Below are positions 1 to 12,720 of a DNA stretch of 64,000 nucleotides, in pieces (the first letter of the stretch is position 1; every line of letters begins with the position of its first letter). The notes beneath the pieces are model-generated. The model did not search any database, was not told the origin of the DNA, and saw only the letters and a program-made list of their open reading frames with translations. The stretch lies in the NCBI RefSeq assembly GCF_009914755.1, contig NC_060926.1; one strand, written 5' to 3'. The stretch is from the human T2T-CHM13v2.0 reference genome, Homo sapiens. A program made the position numbers and the translations under genes.

Positions 1-470
1 ACCCTGGGCCCACAGAGAAAGCCAGCCCACACCCTGGGCCCACAGAGAAGGCCAGCCCTCACCCTAGGCCACAGAGAAGGCCAGCCCACACCCTGGGCAC
101 ACAGAGAAGGCCGGCTCCTCACCCTGGGCCCACAGAGAAGGCCGGCTCCTCATCCTAGGCCCACAGAGAAGGCCGGCTCCTCACCCTAGGCCACAGAGAA
201 GGCCGGCTCCTCACCCTAGGCCCACAGAGAAGGCCAGCCCTCACCCTAGGCCACAGAGAAGGCCAGCCCTCACCCTGGGCCCACAGAGAAGGCTGGCTCC
301 TCACCCTAGGCCACAGAGAAGGCCGGCTCCTCACCCTGGGCCCACAGAGAAGGCCAGCCCACACCCTGGGCCCACAGAGAAGGCCAGCCCACACCCTGGG
401 CCCACAGAGAAGGCCAGCCCTCACCCTAGGCCACAGAGAAGGCCGGCTCCTCACCCTAGGCCCACAGAGA
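1..470. repeat. GC-rich minisatellite (VNTR), ~29-31 bp unit ACCCT(A/G)GGC(C)CACAGAGAAGGCC(AGCCC(A/T)C|GGCTCCTC); continues off the window start
   Basis: About 15-16 directly readable tandem variant units. The 155..454 ORF is simply this repeat translated. Confidence 0.95.
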
Positions 471-559
471 TGGCTGCAGTATTGCAGGGAGACCCAAGCA
501 AAGCCATCCCTGTGGCAGAGATGCTGACATTAACAACAAAGGCAGGAACTGAGACCCAG

Positions 560-644
560 GTGGCACTCACTCATGTGGCACTCATTCCTGTGGCACTCAC
601 TCCCATGTCACTCACTCATGTGGCATTCACTCATGTGGCACTCT
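560..644. repeat. Short tandem repeat, 15-bp unit GTGGCACTCACTCAT, about 6 degenerate copies
   Basis: Directly visible tandem copies. Confidence 0.85.
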
Positions 645-649
645 TGTGA

Positions 650-850
650 GCCAGGTAGTCTTCTCCATGCTGGGCATATGATGACACATTGAACTCCTAA
701 CAATCCTGTGAGGGAAGTGCGAATAGCATCAAACCCCTCGCACAGATGAGGAGACTGTAGCAGTGAGAGATGAAGTAACTTGCCAGGCTAGCGTTCGTGG
801 AGTTGGAATTTAAACTCGAGCAGCGTGGCTCCTGGGCTCATTCTCTTAAC
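650..850. mobile_element. MIR SINE fragment
   Basis: MIR core-like 'acagatgaggagactg...gatgaagtaacttgcc' with an 'aacaatcctgtgagg' flank. Confidence 0.65.
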
Positions 851-1169
851 CCCTATGCTGTATTTTCTCATGGTATGGGGAAAGAGGAAGGAGGGAGGGA
901 GTCAAAAGCCAGAGGCTGAGCCTGGGTTTAATTCGCTGGCAGGGCCCCCTCACACACACACCGCCAGCAGGGGAGGTGGCTCTTGTTCCATGTCCTGGCC
1001 CCAGGGCAGCAGTCCCGTGGATGGATTCTGGGCTGGGAAAAGGAGATGCAGGAGTTGCTGGAGGTATGTCTATGACTCTGTAAAGGGATGGTCTGAATTC
1101 CCTCCCAGACAGAGTGAAAGTCTCGCTGTGTGAGTGCCATGGACACAGCATGTGCACCCCTCCAGCCCA

Positions 1170-2078
1170 AGTGGTGTTATTGAAACAAAGGTCAGATCGT
1201 TTCCTATTTAAAAGCTTCTCCTGGCTCCCCATGTCACTCAGAAAGCTTGTTACCATGGCCCAGAGACCCCTCTGACCCCACGTTCTAACTCACCTCCCTC
1301 CACTCCCCTCACTCTGCTCCATCCTGTGGGCCCCCGAGCTCCCAGCTCAGGGCCTTTGCACATGGCGCAGCCCCTTCCTGAAACTCCCCTCCCTTGCAGA
1401 GCTGCATGGCTTACTCCTTTACTCAACACAGGTCTCTCCTCAAATGCCACCTTCTCAGGAGGTGCCTAGGACCAGCCTGTGCCAAGTCACCTTCTCCTTG
1501 CTCTGCTTCCTTTCTCCATGCACCAATGCCATGTGGAGTGCACACACTACATACAACACCTTGAGGGGTCCACACACAACACTGTGTCAGTTATACACAC
1601 AACACCAGGTGGAGTCTACACACAACACTATATGGGGTATACACACAACACCATGTGGGGTCTACACACAACACCAGGTGGAGTCTACACACAACACCAT
1701 GTGGAGTCTACACACAACACCATGTGGAGTCTACACACAACACTATATGGGGTATACACACAACACTGTGTGGGGTCTACACAGAATACCATATATAGTC
1801 TACACACAATACCATGTGGAGTCCACACACAACACTATATGGGGTATACACACAACACCATGTGGGGTCTACACACACCACCATGTGGGGTCTACACATG
1901 ATGCCATGTGAAGTCTACACACAGCACGATGTGGAATCTACACTAACTTGTTTATTTGCTTGCTGTATATCCGCATCCCCCCCACACATCACTAGAACTT
2001 AGGTGGCACGAGGGCAGGAACTTGGATGTGTTCACTGCTGTAACCCCAAATGACTGCTGAATGAATGGAATGAATGAA
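1170..2078 (+). mobile_element. L2 LINE 3' end, interrupted by a minisatellite
   Basis: L2-like 'gtcagatc...aaaagcttctcctggctcccc', 'ctcagggcctttgcacatgg', 'caaatgccaccttctcaggagg' and a terminal (TGAA)n tail at ~2058-2078. Confidence 0.75.
1525..1945. repeat. Minisatellite, 23-bp unit TCTACACACAACACCATGTGGAG with variants, about 18 copies
   Basis: Tandem units are directly visible. The overlapping ORFs cycle through three peptide motifs, as expected for a unit that is not a multiple of 3. Confidence 0.93.
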
Positions 2079-4169
2079 CACAAAGCGTCCTCCCCAGCTG
2101 CACATCTAAAGCAGGAGGAGCCCCTCTCAGTTGGCCCCTGGGGTGCCTGTATTGAGTTTCTCTCTGTGGATGCCAACCATACATGGCTGATGACGCTCCT
2201 GACAAAGCCCAGTGGAGGTTTTGGTTGCCTATTTCCCCTCTTTTTTAAGCTCTGTACCAAAATTGATTCAGATCATCAGATACAGGCACCCTGTTCCTAC
2301 TTTGTTAACTTTTCTCCAAAACACTTCATAGAACCCTGAGTCAACATCCTAGCTACGGCTCCTATGGAAGTTCAAAGCAAGAAACAAAATTATGTCCACT
2401 TTTAGAATAATTATGTGAACTTTTTGTTCTTAGTAAACTGCTATAAGCTTAAAATGCATCAGCTTTCCCAAGCTTCCTATCTGGCCTGCTTACTGTGTAA
2501 TTGCCATTTTTAATGGTAACGTATTTTAACTGTATCACATCACTCTAGTAGAAGAGATTTGCAGCAATATTTACTTCTTTGGTCATATTGTTATCATGAT
2601 GAATAAACGGGTATGGTAACATCAGAAGATTAAATTCTCTCTCTTAATGGAAAATTAACTCTGAAACCAGACATTCTAGAATTTCTGTTTCCTGGAGCAA
2701 TGGTTCCTGATTTGTGGGCAGCAGAGCCCTGGGGGACACTCCAAGCCCCATCCTTCTTCAAGGAGTCTCGCAGTCATTGTAGGCGCCAAGTGCCTCCTGC
2801 ATACTAACTAACAGTCTTGTGCACCAAGGCTTGACTGTCATGTAAATGTGTCCTCACAGGACTTTGAGATCAACAAGTTATGACCTCACATATGCTTTTG
2901 ACAGTAGGTATTTTTCAATCAAACTGCACCTATTATCATGCAGAAGGCTCTCAAATGGCTAACCTCAAAGGGTTCTGTGTGCTCTATAAAATTTAGAACA
3001 GCTTCTCCATAATTTGGAGTCTTTAGGAGAATACAATATATTCTAATGGAGATATTTATCATCAGAAGTTTACAAAGACATATGAAACAAAAGCTCAGTT
3101 GCAAGACATTAAGAGACAGTGCAAATAGCAAGCAATTAACTAGGAATTTTCTTTGGTCAAGTTTCTTCCCTGATATGAAACTCACTTCATGTTTAGCTTC
3201 CCCTGTTCTAAAAATCCAGCAACACTACAATAAGTTCACTCTCTGCATTCACTTCATACTATGTTCCTAATGCTGCACTGGCAACTTTGCTGCTCACTTT
3301 TAATTAAAGCACAAGGGTTGTGGGAAAAACGACTTCTGCAGGCATTGTAATCACTCTGAGGGACTGCTTTATCTGTCCTCTAACTCTCTATGTTGGCCTC
3401 TGAATAAAGCTGCCCTCAAATGGGTGGACAGTCAAGTACTCTTCATGGGGGTCTTAGTTCTAGAAGGCACAGAGATGACGTATGTGGGAATTCCAAACAC
3501 AGGCAGGAAGAGGGAAAACACATGGAAGTGATTTTAGTGCCTAATTTTGGCTATCTCTATACAAGTATGACAAGATCGAACACATCTGAAAGAAGGAATC
3601 GGCACTGACATTTTATATCAACTCATTTAAGAGCATTGCTAAATTCATCGCAACCTTTGATATTCAAGACCCATAAATATCAAGACGTGTGCGTGTGTCT
3701 ATGTGCATGTGTGTGTGTTACAGACCTCACCATTTCACCATTTGTGCATTGCTGCAACTCTGTCGAGCTTGGTTTCAGCCTTATATAACCCTGGTGGGAA
3801 AACTCAACTAGAGTGAGGCAGTGGCTTCTCCACCAGGGTGTGACAGTGGAGAACCAAACAGATAGGTAGAAGTATGGACCCAGCCCCTCCCCTTTTCTCA
3901 ATACAGGCCATTTTCATCAGTCTATCTAATTTGTTTATGCCTTTATCCATGTATTTAGGTGTGTACAAAAGTTGGGCTGCTAAAGAAGTTTGAAATCCAC
4001 TGCTCTCATCTACATTTTCAATGATGCATAAATAAATTGCTTTATTTGAGTCAAAATGCATTTATTTTGTGAGGGATTAAAAGGCCAACTATATTGCAAT
4101 TAATTCTAGAGCCTATTTTTGTTTTAAGAATGAACTAATGGGGACCTATACATGTTGCAGCCATCCAGG

Positions 4170-4193
4170 TTTTTTTTTTTTTTTTTTTTTTTT
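4170..4193. repeat. Poly-T tract (T24)
   Basis: Direct read. Confidence 0.9.
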
Positions 4194-4630
4194 AAGCAAT
4201 TAAAGCAGCAACACAAATCCCTTGGTGTCCTGGAGAAGATGGGGTGGGTCAGAGGAGAAGCAGCACAGGTGGTAGAATCCAGGGACCTGGCCCCACCCAA
4301 GTCCTCACCCTAGTACACTACCCCAGTGGCCCTGAGCAAGCATTTGATCACTGCCATTATGTCTGCTGTGCTGGGGGTGGAGGAAATGGGAATGATATCG
4401 TCAGTACTCCCAATGCTAAAGGATGGTTGAGAGGATCAGCCTGATCTACAAGCTTGTTTTCAATTAATATTTTCAAATATAAGTTTGGGAGGGGAAAAAC
4501 ATTCAAGCCAAAGCATAGGATATACCTGTTTAATGAGAAATACATAATGAGAACATTAGGATGATCACAAGAGGGGCTTCATATGGGATCTAAAACAGAA
4601 TTAAATTCTAGCAAGCTAAAGATTGTTTCC

Positions 4631-4953
<323 letters not shown>

Positions 4954-5689
4954 CTAAGGAAATCAAAAAGAAACAGACATGGGGTTATGTTGCTAGGAAA
5001 GGAGGAAAGTGAAGGCAATTTGTCACCCTGAGAAAGAATGGACTTCTGCTTGACATCTCTAGCTCTGTTTTTCCTTTGTTCTTTTAAATAAATAAACAAA
5101 ACATAAAGAGAGGAAAGCCCAGAATTCCAAAATAATTTAGCATAAGCAAAGGGAGACAGACTCCAGAGAGACCCACAGTCGGCTTCCCAGCCGGCCCTCC
5201 GAGCTTGTTCTCAACTTTTCCTGATACCTCCGCCCTGCCCTGCTGCCCCCACAGCTCTTTCTGCAAAGTGTCAGGGACTCCACCCTCGGGAGGGTCTCAC
5301 TTTCCACATGAGCGGCTCCTCTTCGCATGTTTCCTAATTGGACCTATTTAAATCAGGAATCCACTGCCTTGTGCAATTAGGCATCTAATAATTGTTCAAA
5401 GTTGATGGTAATTTTTATAAGTTTGCCAAGGTCATTTAAGCCTAATGAACTTGAGTTCAATCCAAACTCTAAGTAATGGCTCATTTACAGTTTGGATGTG
5501 TTCAGTATACAGTAAGTTGGTTTTTTCTCTAACTGCACTGGTTTGCTAAGATATTTCTGACAATAATTTTTTAGTAATGCCCTTTGTGGAGTAATGAGAT
5601 TCTGAGACCATGGCCTTTAAGATACTTGGGTAAGGTTTACTTATGTAACTGTATTGTATCCTCCGTACAAGCCTTTTTATCCCTTATTT

Positions 5690-5790
5690 TTTTTCTCATT
5701 GTTTTTTCTCATTGTTTCCTTAGAATATTCATTTTTTCTTCATTATTTTTTCTCATTGTTTCCTTAGAATATTCATTTTTTTCTTTTTTC
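5690..5790. repeat. Local tandem duplication, ~44-bp unit (TTTTTTCTCATTGTTTCCTTAGAATATTCATTTTTT...)
   Basis: Copies start at ~5702 and ~5746, with an extra partial copy upstream. Confidence 0.8.
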
Positions 5791-6089
5791 AATTTTATTT
5801 AACATCATTATGTCTTTTTTCCTCCACCCTATGGAAGGTACTTTTTACACAAAAGCTTCTGTCACTAACTATGATTGGAAATGTGACATCCAGTGTGAAC
5901 ATTTATCTTAACAGAATCATTAATTTACAACAAAATGCTAAATACCAGTCCCCTCCAGGAAACAGTGAAGCAGACTTTGCATTCCTTAGCTTTTTTCTTA
6001 TAAAAGATATTTTAGATCCATTTTACTGCATGAATCATTTCTCTTCCAAATCCAATATGTTAAACGATTTCACAGTATAGCACTTATCA

Positions 6090-6432
<343 letters not shown>

Positions 6433-6539
6433 CTAGAATGATTCCACAATAGTGGTGGTGTCCCCTGCTGGGTTTGACCCTGTTCTTTATTTCAGCTAGT
6501 GTCCGCAGCAATGACTCTCAGCAGATGCTTGTCACAGCG

Positions 6540-6720
6540 GAGGGCATGTTTCATGCTAGCAGCTGCACTGCATTTGATGTGCAGGACAGCCCTAGGAGGG
6601 TTGCTATTCCCATTCTACAGATAAGGGAACTGACGGTCCAGAGTCACATAGTGAGAGCAGTGAAGCCAGGATTTAGACTTCTGTAGGTCTGAATTCGAAC
6701 CCAGTCACTGCACTGTACAT
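6540..6720. mobile_element. MIR fragment
   Basis: 'attcccattctacagataagggaactga...gaagccaggatttagac'. Confidence 0.6.
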
Positions 6721-7667
6721 GTACGAGTTTCCTCTTTCAACCACATGGAACTGACTTTGTAGACTCTCGGGAAGCAAATAAGTCTGACATGACCTCCTCA
6801 CTTTGTCCATTAGTGCTAGCAAAGGTTTCCTGAAGTTGCAAAGCTGATTCTTGCAGCCTCATGGGCACCCATTTGAGGGGGTTCACCTAGGCCCAGAACC
6901 CCCTCCTCCTGGTGGGAGCCCCATGGACCTCCCCTCCGCAAGGCCTTTTAGAAATCTGAGAGCAGAGTTCTAAGCAAGAATTCAGAGAATCGTCTCCCAA
7001 ACCCAGAAAGGCCGACTTATCCACCCCAGGGCATCTGACCTAAATTCCAACCTTTCGCTCAATTCTGAGCTCTAGAGACTACCTTGATTTTAATTAATGG
7101 AAAAGACAAAACAGAACAAAACAGCAGACCTGCAAGAAGTAAGAACTCCCTTCATGGAATGCTTTGTCGCCTTGGGGATGCTGGATGCTATTTATACCCC
7201 CATTTTTAATCATATCTTTAAAAATTACTGATGAAGTTTAAAGCATTCACCTGATGGCATGTCAGCACCTCCAAATGCATAATCTCGCCTGTGTCAAAGA
7301 ACTGGGGAGTCCACCCCATCAACCCCTAGGATGCTGGCTGACTCAGCGTCAAGCAGTGCCAAGCTCCCAAAGCCACGATGCTTAAACAGGTGAAAAATTA
7401 TGCATGTCAGGTTCCAAAACTGCTCCTCTTATTAATCCATCCGAAGAATACTAACATTAGGAAAACAACAACCTGCATTTTTGTATTTTGTAGCTAGACA
7501 CTTCTCTTTCTCTATTTCCAGGAAATAAGAAAAAAAAGAACAGCCTTGCAATAGACATAGGTTCATAGAAAAATGAGAAGGCAAGGGGCATTTAGAAGTA
7601 GCAACAAGTTGAAATTTTATTATATGCCTCTGACAGTGGTAAGGTTATGTTTTTAAATTTGAAGTAA

Positions 7668-8126
<459 letters not shown>

Positions 8127-10409
8127 TGAAAGGCCGACCCTGTCAAGATGATCCTACTAATCATGCCTGCTAAGATGGCGTTCAGCCCATCACTTACACC
8201 TAATATCTCAGGCATTTCCTTGGATCAACAGACTTTCAATTTATGACCTCAGAGGAGAGGGGCAAACTTGAATTTCCTTCATAGACACCTCCCCCTAGTA
8301 CCCTCCTTTCCTCTCTAACCATCCTTCCTTCTTTATCAACTTCGTGGTGTGTGTGCATATGTTTAATCTATCTACATACAGGTAGGAAGTGTCATCTTTC
8401 GGAGTCGGCTCAAACCCTTTCGGGTACTGATGAACTTCCGGGCACATTTATCTTTGCCCACAGCTTCTGAGCTCCGCCTCTTCAGAGGCACCTAATGCAG
8501 CTTCAGGCCTTGAGGCCTCTCCAGTGTGAGCCACGCCTCCTGCACCCCAGATTCTGGAGGAGGGGGTCAAGTTTCCGGGCAGGCCCCATGGAAGCCTCAC
8601 TCACCGGGCTCCAGGTGTGCAGGAAGCATCCCCTCTGTCCCAGGCAGGAGGGAGGGGCAGACAGCACGCTGACAACTCTCCCTCCAGGAGCCAGCTCACC
8701 CTCTTTGCCCCCCGACCTGGCCTCATATCACACAGGTTCTGGCCCAGGATAATGCTGGGAAAAGACACTTCATGTCACATCATGTCACTCCAGTGATCTG
8801 TTCTCTCCTCTACCTTAGGAAATGTATTCTCGGGTTTGTTGTGGTGTTCTCAGCTAAAACACTGAGACAGAAAATTCTCATTTTAACACCCTATGATTGG
8901 CATGGATATCGACTAAGTGTTAAGAGCAGATGGTAAAAGAAGGTTTATAGTTTCACATCGTTTTTGCATAATTAAATTAAATATTTATAGAAATCCCCTA
9001 AAAAAGAGGTGTTAAAATGGTGTGGGTAGTGGAGTTATGAGCGACTTCTCTGTATGTGACAATTATTTTTCACAATGGACACCTTTAGAATGACATATAG
9101 ACACTGAAAATGTGTTTTTTCAAAACATGAAAATAAAACATAGAAAAGGCTACAATGCTATTAAGGCTACACTACTCCACTTTGAGTGATTTCCTTTGAA
9201 AGGAAAATGATTCTCACGAATTCCCATGGTTGAGAAATTCTTTCATCATAACGTTATTTAAATATGTACAAATATAAAACTAGTTATAAAGCCCTTATTC
9301 ACTAGCAATGTACATTTACAGGGGGAACAAAAGAAAGGCCCTAACTTAAAAACTAATAGAATTTAAATCAACCATACTCATTTGATATGACAGATTGCAT
9401 TATTTTGCTAAAACAAAATTGCTAGTTCTGAGTTGAATATTAGAAAACGATGTGTTGGTGGCTTTCTGTTGACTTGTCACTACCTGGAACGTGTTTTTAT
9501 GTTCAGCTTGGTGGACCACTGTTGGCATCACCAACATTATCATTGTCATAATTTACCCTTTTTATTTTTTACATATTCTCCTGGTTATTTTTAACTGCCA
9601 ATCCATTATGTTGACAGGCCAATCATTTTAAAATATATTCCAAAATGCAATCATGAAAAATAAAAATATGTCATTGAATGAGAACTTCTTTGTGGGCCAT
9701 CTCCCGCTACACTGACTGAGAACTGACTGTTGCAATTGCTTCTGAGGAAGTATATGATGTTGGGATCTGGCGGACACATCCCTGGGAGGGGAGCGTGTTG
9801 GGCTGACAGCAGAGGCCCAGGTCCTCTTGGCTCCACAGCCGGTGTGGGAGGAGGTCTCAGTTCACCCAGCACGCTTTTCTGTCTAACCTCTGCTACCTTT
9901 ATTGCTTAGGTAAAACATGACTTCATTTGGCCTTGTTGATGCAGCAGTATCTCTTTAACATTAAGTATGCTTCTGCTCCTATTAATCCAGGACAATTAAA
10001 GAAAGCATCAGTTTGCAATACTAGGTCTTTTAAATTCTGTCAAATCAAAGTCTTTGCTTACTAAGTAACTTAAGAAAGTGAAGTCTATAAAAATGCTCTA
10101 CCAATGATCTACGAGAAATTTTGCCCTCACAGCTGGTTAAAGAATTCAACTTGACACAATGTGAAACAGGGAAGGATGCTGCTGTTAGGACCTGATACAT
10201 TTTTTGAAACCACAGGGCACTGAAGTGGAGGCAAACGTTTAAGTGTGGCCTTGAAATAACATGACAAAAGTCGTTGTCCTGATAATTCCAAGAAGGCCTG
10301 TGATCATTTTTTAAGTTTTCATCAGAATGGAAAACACGATACAAAATTCTCATGGAGAACTTGCCGATGGATGTGAAATTTCCACAGAATTAATTTCTTA
10401 AGCGACACA

Positions 10410-10940
10410 GTCCAGTCGTTTGGCAGTCCTTGGTGTTGCCTGGCTGGCGGCCAGGTCACTTCAGTCTCCGCCCCCATCTTCGCACGGTGGCCCCTCCCTG
10501 TGTGTCTTTAACCTGATCATATCTGCAATGACCCGATTTCCAACTAAGGTCACTGTGTTAGTCCGGTTGTGCTGCTCTAAAAAATATCTGAAACTGGGTC
10601 ATGTAGAAAAAACAGAAACTTATTTCTTCTAGTCTTTGCTGGAAAGTCCAAGGTGAAGATGCTGGCAGGTCCAGCGTCTGGGGAGAGTCCATTCCTCACA
10701 GATAATGCAGCCTCGGCGTCCTCACATGGTGGAAGGGGCAGGAGGGGCAAAAAGGGGTGAGCTCCCTCAGTCAAGCCTTTTATAAGGCCGTCGACTTCCA
10801 CTCACCTCCTAAAGACCCTATTTCTTTGTATTGTTGCATTGGGGACTAAGTTTTGACAGAAGCATTCAAACCACAGCGGTCACATTCACGGGTTCCATGT
10901 GGACGTGAACTTTGCGAGGGACACTATTCAACCCATGACA
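10410..10940 (-). mobile_element. MLT1 (MLT1C-like) MaLR LTR fragment, split by a nested MST-type LTR
   Basis: 'atctgcaatgacccgatttccaactaaggtcac' continues as 'attcacgggttcc...ggggacactattcaaccc' after the insert. Confidence 0.7.
10554..10878 (-). mobile_element. MST/MLT1A-type MaLR solo LTR nested in MLT1
   Basis: Begins TGTGTTAGTCC and ends CATTCAAACCACAGC(G); 5-bp TSD GTCAC. Confidence 0.75.
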
Positions 10941-12069
10941 AAAGTCCACACATACTTCCTGAGCACCTGCTTAACATATAAGAAAAAATGGTATGTCTCT
11001 TGGTTTCCCAAATTTCATATTCCAGTGTGAAAGTACAAGGACACATACTCGTACTATCTGGGCACGAAGGTCAGCTCTGTTTTCAAATTATTAAAGAACA
11101 TATTATCACTCTAAAAGCGTGCTACTTTGAGGGAAAAATAAAAGAACTATTCACTCATTTCTCATTCAGTTAGCATTTTTAAATACTAAGATACATGCTT
11201 TGCATGTATTTTGTGGGGAAAGATTTAAGTATACCTAAGACAAGGTTGCTGGCTCTTAAACCACTGATGAATCCAGTCCTGTCCCAGACCTGGCCCTCAT
11301 CTCTGCTACAAAGGAGCGATAGCCCATTCCTACTCCAGGAGGAGAAACTCCCTTTCATCCTCCCACTCCAGGGCAGCAGGAACTTTTTGGAAAGAAAGCA
11401 GGAAAGATAGCAAGCAGAGTGCTGCTTTGTCTTTGGGATTGGTTTGCAAATAGAACCTCTCAAAGCAAACTCTTCCCCTGGAAAGTCTGGGATTTCTCCA
11501 TGGGACAGAAAAATATGCCTTCCTATTGTCAGACAGATAAGGCAGTGGATTTTCCTTCTCAAAAAGGAGTGTCCCTCCTTTGCCATCAGAAGACTGTCAA
11601 CATTGTCTGAAGCAGGTGAGACGAAATTTTGACAAGAGGGAGAAATAGATCAAAGAGAATGTTTTCCACTTCGGGTGAAACTTACATAACATTCCCACAA
11701 TTTATGAGGTGTGCCTTGTCCATGTGTCTCCTCTATCATATTAATCACTTAATGTTTTTCTTTAGGTTGACTCATTTGAAAATTTAAATACTTTTTCCCG
11801 TCCTAGGCAGTAATATCCATGGGAAAAAACTGATTTAATGCTCCATTTATATTTCTCAAATTCAAATTAAATATATAACTAAAAATAAAAAAAATGTATC
11901 CATCTGTCATATAAAATCCTCCCAACTAGCACCCATGGGATGCGGCTGCACATGAGAAATACTGATTTAATGTAAGCTGAACGGCGATGAGTTCCTGCAA
12001 TGGGCAGTGATGACTCTGGACCCAACAGGAAGAGAGTGTGGTCATAGGAGAGGAGGATGCCAAAGGCAG

Positions 12070-12720
12070 TTAGTGTGGCGGTCAACCACACAGAACTCTG
12101 CAGCCCTGCAGACCTGGCTTTGGTTCCAGCTTCATTACTGAACACAGAGCCTACCTTGTTTAAGCCTCAGTTTCCTTTTATACACACTTGGAATACTATC
12201 TCCTGACTCACTGTGTTATTGTGAATATTGACATTCACTCACTCACAGACATTTATTGAATGCCTTTTATGGGATACCAGGAACTGTGCTTGGGTCCTAG
12301 TTCCAAGCAAGAACCCCAGTCCCTGCCATATGCGTGTTTCAGCAATCACCTCTAAGTTACTTGTCTAATAAATCTCTGTATATACACTGTCATCCATATG
12401 CAATGTAGTTACTTTCGATCAATGTCCTTATTTCTCGTTTTCCAATTAAAGAACTGCAGAATACCTGGGTATGCATGGATCCTACTCATGATCAGATGCT
12501 AATTGTAATGCAGACTGATTCCTGCCTGCATGGAGCTTCCCACCTACTAGGGGAAAAGAGATATCAATTAACTAATTTCAAAAGTGCATGTATAATTACA
12601 AAGCGGGGAGAGTCCCAGGAATAGAGATGGCACTGAAGAATGTAACACAGAGTCCCAACCTGGGTTAAGAAATCAATGAGATAATGTATGTAAAGTACTG
12701 TGAAATAGCCCATTGTCCAT
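12070..12720. mobile_element. Mosaic of MIR and L2 fragments
   Basis: 'aagcctcagtttcc', 'catttattgaatgcc...aactgtgct', 'tcctgcctgcatggagctt', 'gagataatgtatgtaaagt'. Confidence 0.55.

Noticed and set aside
1-470. Regular ~30-bp repeats resembling a CRISPR array; 99-aa repetitive ORF 155..454
   Set aside because: Units are head-to-tail with no unique spacers, there are no cas genes, and the context is mammalian. The ORF is just the translated VNTR.
1444-2002. Overlapping His/Thr-rich ORFs (155, 140 and 62 aa)
   Set aside because: These are translations of the 23-bp minisatellite, open in several frames only because the unit lacks stop codons.
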